Assembly: GCA_020137815.1 (NCBI GenBank)
Contig: CM035350.1
Location: 1,054,001-1,118,000, forward strand
Length of the DNA: 64,000 nt
Reading direction: 5' to 3'
From: Hormiphora californensis
Lineage: Eukaryota; Animalia; Ctenophora
This document shows, piece after piece, positions 54,701-64,000 of this stretch. The notes under the pieces were generated by a model, which was not told where the DNA came from, did no database searches, and saw only the letters and a program-made list of their open reading frames with translations. The number at the start of each line of letters is the position of its first letter. The stretch's first letter is position 1. The position numbers and the translations under genes were made by a program.

Positions 54701-56680
54701 CAGCGATTTGTTCCATTGTGTAAATTTTAATAAAACTAGCCAAACTAAACCGCAATTGTAGTCAAATGACCCTAATCCACATTTTCCAAGCCTAAAAACT
54801 ACATAAGACTCATGAATTTACCTTAAAACGAAAAATAACCCAAAAATATATTTTTCTAAAAAAACACAAGGATTTGTAGCGAAGCAAATTTTCAATCTTT
54901 GACAAAAAATTGATTTTGGAAAAATATTTTTTCTTTTTCCAACAGAAACGTTGCATATCATCTTATTAAGTCCAAAGAATCAATTACAAATGAAAAAATT
55001 ACGTTAAAATATGATTTTATACGCTAAATTGAAATATTTGTAACTTTTGGATTTTTATCGATTTTGAGCCAAAAAACCTGTATGTTGGACTTTTGTTATC
55101 GGAAAAGGCCTTGATTGGGTATATATGTGTTAGGTAAGTCATTAAACTATAAAATTAAACCAGTTAAAGTCGTATTATCAACCAATAAGAACAGTCTTTT
55201 AGCATTTGTTAACTTTGTTAATTTTGTTAATTAACGTTAATTAACAAAATCGAAAAAAAGAGGTGATTTATTAACAATTAACATGTCCCCCCCCCCCTTA
55301 TTAATTTATTTATTTATTAATATGATCGTTCCAAGTTTCAACGTCTATCATTACTACAGGAGAAACAGGCGTCCAGGGCCGAGGCAGAGGATGGAGAAGA
55401 AGGGGACGATGAGGCGGCCCAACAGGCACAGGAAACACTGGACTTACTGAACGAGAGCAAACAAGAAAACAACGGTTAGTAGTGAAGTACACAACTTGCC
55501 AACTATCGGACCCTGATTGTAAGAGGATCACTTTTTCAACAACATACCCCTCTCCAGATCGATATGAGGATCAGTATATCATCCAGTTCTTTACTGAGAA
55601 GCTGCTCTCCATGCCGTGCCAGAACCAGGGATTTGTACTGGATGGGTTCCCCAAGACGTACAGCCAGGCCAAAGACATGTTCGGGAACAAGGAAGAGCCT
55701 GAGGACGAGGATGCCCCTAAGTTGGAATACAACACTAAACTCATGCCTGGTAATTATAGGAATTGTATTCTTTAGATCTCAGTGCAATTTCATCTATCAC
55801 GGGATTGTGTGTTTACTGTTGTCTGTTTGCTTCTGCCAATATGACCAAGTAACCCCTTCCCCGCACAGAGGCTGTTATTTCCCTGGATGGAGATGATGAA
55901 TTCATCAAGAAGCGAGTAATGAACCTTCCTGAGTTAGTGGTGGCGGGGACACACAATACAGAGGAGCTCTTCCTGAAGAGACTAACTGAAGTTCAGGATG
56001 GTCAATACAGATGATCAGACGGTGCTAAACTATTTCGATGAGCTGGAGGTTCACCCTGAACACCTCGATATCACAGCTGATACATCCTCCAACATGTCAC
56101 AGGTACTAGGATGGTGTTGGTGTGAAATGTTGTCTACAGATTATCATGTACGCAGTTCAATCTGCAACAGTGCAACGCGTGTTATTTGATCTAATCTCGC
56201 CCCTAGGTTGTCCAAAGGTGGTGAAGGTAGTTGGTGCTCCCCGAAACTACGGACCCACTGAAGAAGAGAGATTAGAGCTGGAGAGAATCGAGATGGAGAA
56301 GAGAATGAAGAAGGAGGCCCAGGAAAAGTTGGAGTTGCAGAGGAAGGAGGAAGAAGAGAAGAAGGAGACGAAGAGGAGGAAGGATGAGTGGGCCTCCAGG
56401 GTGAAAGAAGTGAAGGAACAAGAAGAGGAGGTCCTTCAGGCACAGAGTTACCCTCTCAGGAACTACCTAATGAAACATGTCATGCCAACACTTAACCAGG
56501 GTCTTATTGAGGTGTGCAAGGTCCGACCTGAGGATGCCATCGACTATCTGGTGAGTGGGGGAGAAAATACATTTCCAAATTGCTGCCATTATCCAAACAA
56601 TAGATTTCGAATAAAGTCACTAACAAGACCATTATTTTCAGGCTGAGTACCTATTTGAGCACAACCCCCAAGTGGACTGA
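51799..56680 (+). CDS. AK7: Adenylate kinase 7 (ciliary)
   Basis: [17 protein letters not shown]-binding-like start, [54 protein letters not shown] and the Dpy-30 motif [38 protein letters not shown]. Confidence 0.95.
54476..55297. mobile_element. AT-rich non-autonomous DNA transposon in AK7 intron
   Basis: TIR (G)nACATGTTAATT / AATTAACATGT(C)n; TTATTAAT on both flanks is a possible 8-bp TSD, though it sits in low-complexity AT sequence. Confidence 0.75.
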
Positions 56681-57394
56681 AGTGTTTCGGAGCGACATGA
56701 GCATCTTGTGATGTCAACTGGGGAGGGGGATGTTGAGGGTTCTGGTGAAGTGATCTGTCATCTGGCTGGTATTACAACAGGAGATGTGAAACCACCACAA
56801 CCTCCCTTCTTTTTCCTTCCCTACCATCGGACTACCAAAGGACTCAGGTGGTCCTGGGTCTGATTCAGGACCACCAAAATATAATTCCCGATAAAACAAT
56901 CGTGTTGCTCTGGAAATGAAATGTTTCCCTGTATAAATCTCAACGAACTCTAGACGCTGTGTATAGCTCTTTTTTCAGTGATCTTAAACCATGGTTTCAG
57001 TCACACAGTGTGTTTTAATTTGCACAATATCTCAAATAGCCAGCAGGTGCTTCACCAGTCAAACCTCGTGACATTGGACCCAGATCCAGATTCTCTACTC
57101 CCCCGCTTACCACCTCTCCTGCCGTTGTGGGTACAGTGCTGCGCGGCTCACTTTCTACAAGTGTGAGTAGCCGCGCGCTCCAACCCACTCCACCAACAAT
57201 CTGTGACAGGAGCGGGGCGCACTTGTTGCTTCATATTGTACGTGTCAGAAAGGCGTTGTTTTTTGCTTTGATAAAATAATAATTCTTAATACAATACATA
57301 CAATAAATAGAGAGGTCTGTACAAAAAACTTATAAACACTGTTTACAAAAGTGTCTTTGTCTCTAAACAAGTCACGCGGAAGTCTTTGAGAGTT

Positions 57395-60300
57395 CTATTG
57401 TTTAAAAATTCTGGCAATTCGTTGTCTCTGGTCCTGGGAGGGTCCTTGTAGCATGAGGCTGGTTAGAGGTGTCCGTCTTGAGAGGGCAGCGGGCGGGGCT
57501 CCTGCTGAGCTAGGTCTGGAGAGAGAGGGTGTGTTAAGGGCGGGAATGTGTAATATTGAGGGATAATAACTAAGGGATATGTAATTGACGTGTCATTACC
57601 CTGCTCTGTCTTCTCCGGAGAGTGTAGGTTGCCTCCGTATAGATGTGAGGGTGGAGGATAGCTCTCTAGCGGCAGAGAAGAAATCTGGCGTCACTGAAAA
57701 CAGAGGGAGATGTAAAGGGATGACATAACTAGTTGGCAAAGTGCCCGAAGGGGCGTGGGTTATTATACGCAATATGGTGCTGTAGAGCTGTTGACAACAA
57801 CAAACACTTCTGTCGTGGAAAGGACAATAAAATATAAGGTGAATGAACTCAATGAACGCTGTTTTATTACAGTTACCTGGGGTAGGACGGCCAGGGAATC
57901 TGGAGAGTGGTCTCTCTCCTGGTAGGTATTGTGGTGGGACAGCTGGTTCACTAGGAACTGAGGCAGCAGGCTCATTAGGATATGCAGCAGGTTGAGATTG
58001 TGATGGCTCGCTGGGTTTTACAGCAGTATCTCCAGTAATTGTTGGTCCACTAGAGGATGGTTTGGAACTGGTAGTAGTACTACCAGAACTAGTAGTGGTT
58101 GTTTTACTGCTCCTGGTGGCCGTACTGCTAGATGTTGTAGTGCTGGAGTGTGTTCCAGTGGAACTAGCTACACTGGGCTGTTCCAGTTGTTCCAACTGTT
58201 CCAGTTGCTGCTCTTGACTCTGTTTTTGGTTCTGTTCAGAGTTATGTTCCTGTTCCAGATGTTCATGTATCCCAATACTCTCTGTTGAGGGACACTGAAT
58301 AGCACATTCCTGCATCGTGGGCCCTGCTATCTCAGCTAGAATAGTATCTTCATCACACCCCACACCCTCATCAACACCTTCAGTTACTGCTCCTTCATCA
58401 AAACATTCATCTGCTCCTTCATCAATATCTTCATCTGCTCCTTCATCAACATTACCAATGTCACCAACATCCAGTCTCTCTGTACTTCCAATCTCAGTAC
58501 TGTTCAGGAGCTGATCAATGTGCTGTGTCTGCCTGTGAACGTTCTCCAGAAGTGATGCAATATCACTAACAGTCTCGGAGAGACACTCTGTATCAACAGT
58601 AATATCAAATGTATCTAACATAGGGCACACATCATCTTCTTCAGATTCTTCATTCTCAGTAGGGGGCGAGGGAATGGGCAGGTGAGTAGAACTTCGCTCC
58701 TAATAAAAGGCTGCAATAAAAGGCTGCAGAAAAAGGCTGCAGAAAAAGGCTGCAGTAAAAGGCTGCAGAAAAAGGCTGCAGAAAAAGGCTGCAGTAAAAG
58801 GCTGCAGTAAAAGGCTGCAGTAAAAGGCTGCAGTAAAAGGCTGCAAGGGATCACGTATCCAACCAGACTAAAGCGTGGGATAGACCGAATCGTCCTCCCC
58901 TAATAGTGTTTCGTATCACGTATCGGCTGTAGAGAGACCGAATCACCCGTTTCACGTATCCAACTAGACCATAGGCGATAGAGAGACCGAGATAGAGAGC
59001 GAGTACGAGTGAGAACTGAGAGAGTGAAAAATCAGAATCACGGTATGGTATCACGTACCATGGTATCCTCTAATGAAAAGCGGTTACCAATTGACAATGA
59101 GACCTCATCGATCCCGATACGTGATTCTCTACCGCTATCCCACCGCTATGTATTCTCCATTAGTCTTTCCGTATCGATCCACGATTCAGTAGAGGTAGTC
59201 AGTAACTACTGAGAGTGTTGGTCTAATGAGGTAGAAAACGGCCGAAATCTCGAGTTCGCTTTTTGTGATTTTAGCACTAGAGTCCGCTTATCGATCTATT
59301 GATTGAGCGTGTAGCACAATGATTGGTAACGCAGTTCCCCCTACATTGCGGGCACGCTAAAACGTGCCTTACTATCGCAATGCCCTATGTAGGCAGAGGG
59401 GTAACTTCGTTACCAAGCACAATGAGTGCTACACGCACTCACAATATGACAGGTGAACCACCCAACCACTTGGTTCACCTATCATAGTTTCTACCTCATT
59501 AGACCAACACTCTCAGTAGTTACTGACTACCTCTACTGAATCGTGGATCGATACGGAAAGACTAATGGAGAATATATAGCGGTGGGATAGCGGTAGAGAA
59601 TCACGTATCGGGACCGATGAGGTCTCATTGTCAATTGGTAACCGCTTTTCATTAGAGGATACCATGGTACGTGATACCATACCGTGATTCTGATTTTTCA
59701 CTCTCTCAGTTCTCACTCGTACTCGCTCTCTATCTCGGTCTCTCTATCGCCTATGGTCTAGTTGGATACGTGAAACGAATCACTATAATTAGGGGAGGGT
59801 GATTCGGTCTCTTTACAGCCGATACGTGATACGAAACACTATTAGGGGAGGACGATTCGGTCTATCCCACGCTTTAGTCTGGTTGGATACGTGATCCCTT
59901 GCAGCCTTTTACTGCAGCCTTTTACTGCAGCCTTTTACTGCAGCCTTTTACTGCAGCCTTTTTCTGCAGCCTTTTTCTGCAGCCTTTTTCTGCAGCCTTT
60001 TACTGCAGCCTTTTTCTGCAGCCTTTTTCTGCAGCCTTTTATTGCAGCCTTTTATTAGGAGCGAAGTTCTACTCACCTGCCAGGGAATGATCTCAGTGAG
60101 TGAGGGAATGATCTCACCAGGAGAGACTGATAACTTCTCAACAACTTCTTCAACAGGTGTCTCCTCCACAGCAGGTGGTTCCTCCTCTCTAGTATCTCCC
60201 GTGGTAGTATCTCCCTTCTGTCCAATACTCTCCTCTCTGGTATCACCCAAGGTATCTCCCTTCTGTCCAATACTCCTGATCATCCCCTCCACCTGGTTAA

Positions 60301-62133
60301 GAGACTGGAATACTGATCTAATATCACACTGCTCGGGCTGGTCACGTTGTGTCGCTACAGCGGGTGGTGCTGGAACCTTCCTGTGTAGAAAGTTGGTTGT
60401 CTCTGGAACATCAGGTGTGGAAGTTGGGCAGTTTGCCAGGTCCCTAATCCGTTCCTTATTGACAACTTCCAGGGGTGTAAATGCTACTTTGATCTGCCCA
60501 AATGTGTCTTTGCTATACACATCCTGGATCAGATACCAACCCTCTATGGAAGGGAATCCCAGGAAGAGGGGAGCTAGGTCTACTGTAGCTGTACCAATAA
60601 CCTCTCCTTCATCCCCGACCCCACACCCCCACACCACAAGAGAGAGGGTGTTAGATGAGGAGAGGAACAGAGGGTAGGGTAGTTTCATATCTCTTGCCAG
60701 GTTGATCTGTACAGAGGGGGAGTGCTGGTAGTTGGGTGTTGTAAGGAGGGTGTTGTGACGGTGTCTCAAGGTGCAGTAAACAGAGTCGTAGAGAGGTAGA
60801 CCGGTACAGTGGGAGATAGCAACACGGAACATTACTCCTTCTGGCTCCTGGGGAATAGAATGGACGTTATGAAAACACCCTAACTTAAGTTAGGGTGTTT
60901 TCATAACGTCCCCAATTGAAACACTTTTAGTATAAGTATCAAAAGTGACAGGATGGTTGGAGACCACTAAATGACATACCTCTTCCACAACATCCTCCTC
61001 CACCTCTACATCAGGTAGTTCACTCAGCACTGTGATCTCCTTCTCTTCATCCTCGGGTAACTGGTCTAGTGTTGCCAGGGTAGTGGAAACGTGCAGTCCA
61101 GCACCTCCCAGACCGGCACAGTTAGCCTTCACTAGGGGTACCACCTGATTGGGGGGGGGGGATATAAGCTAACTGTTGTATCAAATTGTATCAAAATAAA
61201 TGCAGATCTGAGTGCTGAATATACATTCCCAGTTGGCAGACAGAGGGGGACAGAGGGGGACAGAGGGTATCTCTCTACCGCCTATAAATTGAGATCTCTT
61301 ACCTCAGCGGAAGAGACGGGGAAGTGATTTGAGAAGAGTAGAGAGGAGATATTTACATATCCGCATCCCAGTATTGTATCTCCAACAGTATCCCCTGAGG
61401 TATCTCCCCGAGGCAACAACCACACCTGAGAAGACAAGATTTAGCTGAAAGATGAATAATAATTCAAAACTAGAGCTGGTGTAATCTCTAATATGAAAGA
61501 GGGTCTGATCAACTCTAATCAGAAAAGTGTGCAGCAAATGTGTACTTTATGGGTGCGTGATACACCCAAAGGGGGAATGTTGAGAGACTGCGTTTCCTAC
61601 TTTTCACGAAAGGGCCTCCAAGACACTCCACCACATCATTATATTGCCCCTTTGCTATTATGTTGTGGTTCTTGTTCTCTCTCACCACCCTCCTAAGGAG
61701 TGTCCTAGGAGAGTGTGAATCAGCAGAACAGAGATTAGCCGCCCCCTATCTCCAAACATCCACTGGCTCTCAGATGCCTGCTACAACTTGGGAAACAGGC
61801 GATAGTTATAGTTTGAGCTGCAAGAGTACCTCCGACCAGAAACACAGGACATGGACTAACAATATCAGGAGAATTGCAGCAGTGGATGCAACACTCATAG
61901 ATTAGTGAGTTTTGTTTGAGATATAAGATTTCATCCTTGATGGGGTGACTTGAGATTAGTGAGTTATCACCCACACCTGGTTTTCACAGACTGACCTGTT
62001 GTTTTTGTGTGATGTTCTATCTAAAACTATTCCAATTACCCAGTGTTGATACAGATGGAGAACAGTCAGAGGAGATCTTTGTGAAGTGTAGTGGGGGAAC
62101 TTTCAAGCCTGATATCTTCAAAGACCAGGACAC
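57395..62133 (-). CDS. C2CD3: C2 domain-containing protein 3 (centriolar), 3' part; 5' exons beyond the right edge
   Basis: C2 domain with IGTATVDLAPLFLGFPSIEGWYLIQD...GQIKVAFTP and C-terminal RIARIF, both typical of C2CD3; interrupted by the element at 58677-60081. Confidence 0.75.
58677..60081. mobile_element. 1405-bp foldback (MULE/FB-like) non-autonomous transposon with 8-bp TSD, inserted in a C2CD3 coding exon
   Basis: Inverted arms of about 560-590 bp start GGCAGGTGAGTAGAACTTCGCTCCTAATAAAAGG and carry 13-bp subterminal repeats (A/T)AAAAGGCTGCAG. AGGGAATG is duplicated at 58669-58676 and 60082-60089. Confidence 0.92.
60862..60911. repeat. Perfect 50-bp palindrome in a C2CD3 intron
   Basis: GGACGTTATGAAAACACCCTAACTT|AAGTTAGGGTGTTTTCATAACGTCC. 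Confidence 0.95.
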
Positions 62134-62500
62134 CTGGTGTAAAGGTAGAGACTAGAGTACACAATACCATGTATGTTGTACAGTGTTGCTATATAGTAGG
62201 GACGAATCTTAATTTTTTGACACACTATTTGGTGAAAAGCAAATTCCGGTTGTAACACACCTATTTTGACCCGCTGAACAAGATCCCGTTCATAGGTAAG
62301 GTCGCAAAATTGGAGAACATGCCCAAATCGGCCACGCCCTTTTACCTGTATTTTTAGCCTGTAGCCAAAAACATAAATCCTCTTAGAATAGGAGTAGAGA
62401 CAAATCTAAGGGCACTAAAGTGATCAGCGCCCTCGCATTAGTGGGGGTAGGTACCGGAATTAAGTCTCTATCTCATCTGGTTAATTAGATAATTGGATAA

Positions 62501-63856
62501 TTATACAAATTAAAAACAACAGCAGTTTTTAAGGTCTATACACATGTTTCATGGTGCCCCACGAGGAGGCACCAATCATCAGTAGACAAAGATCAAAATG
62601 AGAATGAATTGGGATAAAGTATGACTCCTTCATAAAAACAGTCAGTCGAACGTTCCTATTTAGAATTAGTAGCTCCATTTCACGTCACATCTTTGTATCT
62701 TGGACCTCTAGATTCCCCAGTTTCAAAGTACGTCAACCATTTCCCTTTCTTGGAGTGTGTAATCTGTATTCCATTTTGATCATTGTTCCTCAAAACCAGA
62801 CGTCGTACGTGTCCTCAGATCCACAAGAGAGCTCAACCACAAATAAATTGAGGGAGCATTGCATTATAGCGAGTTTAGTAGATTGATGACAAGATAGATA
62901 TCCTGTCCCTTGGTCCGAGATCAACAGAGAGCTCTAGCACGGGGTTAGCCGGCGAGCAGTTTATACAAATTAAAAACAACAGCAGTTTTTAAGGTCTATA
63001 CACATGTTTCATGGTGCCCCACGAGGAGGCACCAATCATCAGTAGACAAAGATCAAAATGAGAATGAATTGGGATAAAGTATGACTCCTTCATAAAAACA
63101 GTCAGTCGAACGTTCCTATTTAGAATTAGTAGCTCCATTTCACGTCACATCTTTGTATCTTGGACCTCTAGATTCCCCAGTTTCAAAGTACGTCAACCAT
63201 TTCCCTTTCTTGGAGTGTGTAATCTGTATTCCATTTTGATCATTGTTCCTCAAAACCAGACGTCGTACGTGTCCTCAGATCCACAAGAGAGCTCAACCAC
63301 AAATAAATTGAGGGAGCATTGCATTATAGCGAGTTTAGTAGATTGATGACAAGATAGATATCCTGTCCCTTGGTCCGAGATCAACAGAGAGCTCTAGCAC
63401 GGGGTTAGCCGGCGAGCAGTTTATACAAATTAAAAACAACAGCAGTTTTTAAGGTCTATACACATGTTTCATGGTGCCCCACGAGGAGGCACCAATCATC
63501 AGTAGACAAAGATCAAAATGAGAATGAATTGGGATAAAGTATGACTCCTTCATAAAAACAGTCAGTCGAACGTTCCTATTTAGAATTAGTAGCTCCATTT
63601 CACGTCACATCTTTGTATCTTGGACCTCTAGATTCCCCAGTTTCAAAGTACGTCAACCATTTCCCTTTCTTGGAGTGTGTAATCTGTATTCCATTTTGAT
63701 CATTGTTCCTCAAAACCAGACGTCGTACGTGTCCTCAGATCCACAAGAGAGCTCAACCACAAATAAATTGAGGGAGCATTGCATTATAGCGAGTTTAGTA
63801 GATTGATGACAAGATAGATATCCTGTCCCTTGGTCCGAGATCAACAGAGAGCTCTA
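62501..63856. repeat. 460-bp tandem repeat, about 2.95 copies
   Basis: Units start TTATACAAATTAAAAACAAC at 62501, 62961 and 63421 and look identical by eye; the third is cut at a TA by a palindrome. Confidence 0.95.
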
Positions 63857-63970
63857 TCTCCAACCGGTTAGCCGTTATTTGGCTTAAACGATGCTCAAAA
63901 TGAGCGAAAAACGGTAAAAAGCCCGATTTTGAGCATCGTTTAAGCCAAATAACGGTTAAACGGTTGGAGA
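63857..63970. mobile_element. TA-flanked foldback MITE
   Basis: TCTCCAACCG...CCGTTATTTGGCTTAAACGATGCTCAAAAT pairs with ATTTTGAGCATCGTTTAAGCCAAATAACGG...CGGTTGGAGA. Confidence 0.8.
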
Positions 63971-64000
63971 TACAGCTTAAAAGTCCGATGTCGACCCCCC

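Noticed and set aside
59009-59716. Duplicated 67-aa ORFs on opposite strands
   Set aside because: Mirror images from the foldback arms; no transposase features.
62835-62853. Possible spliced-leader RNA gene in the 460-bp repeat (CAAATAAATTGAG)
   Set aside because: Only a vague resemblance to leaders I recall; it is followed by GG rather than a GT donor, and I see no clear Sm site.

Overview
Gene-dense eukaryotic (invertebrate animal) genomic DNA with short GT-AG introns. The compact architecture, nested genes and acceptor-like AGs just before start codons suggest a trans-splicing lineage; a ctenophore is my unverified guess. Minus strand, left part: KAT2/GCN5-PCAF (5' half, with an intronless GPCR nested antisense in one intron), SEC24C/D (about 30 copies of an 11-aa repeat, with a huckebein-like C2H2 gene nested antisense) and a SENP/Ulp1 protease. 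Next come a dead CR1/L2-type LINE, a Helitron and nested MITEs. A tightly packed plus-strand cluster follows: eIF2B-alpha, SETD2, eIF2B-beta, eIF3F, ZNG1/CBWD and UQCRC2. Within it, a stand-alone dynein microtubule-binding-domain ORF is nested antisense in SETD2 and a nicotinamide riboside kinase is nested on the same strand in eIF2B-beta. Right part: PSMC5 and UBE2D (minus), a MITE hot-spot, AK7 (plus) and a C2CD3-like gene (minus). The C2CD3-like gene has a 1.4-kb foldback transposon inserted in a coding exon, and its terminal repeats supply in-frame splice sites. The window ends in a 460-bp tandem array. Many single-base indels in conserved CDSs point to residual assembly errors. Gene names come from recalled family motifs, not database searches.
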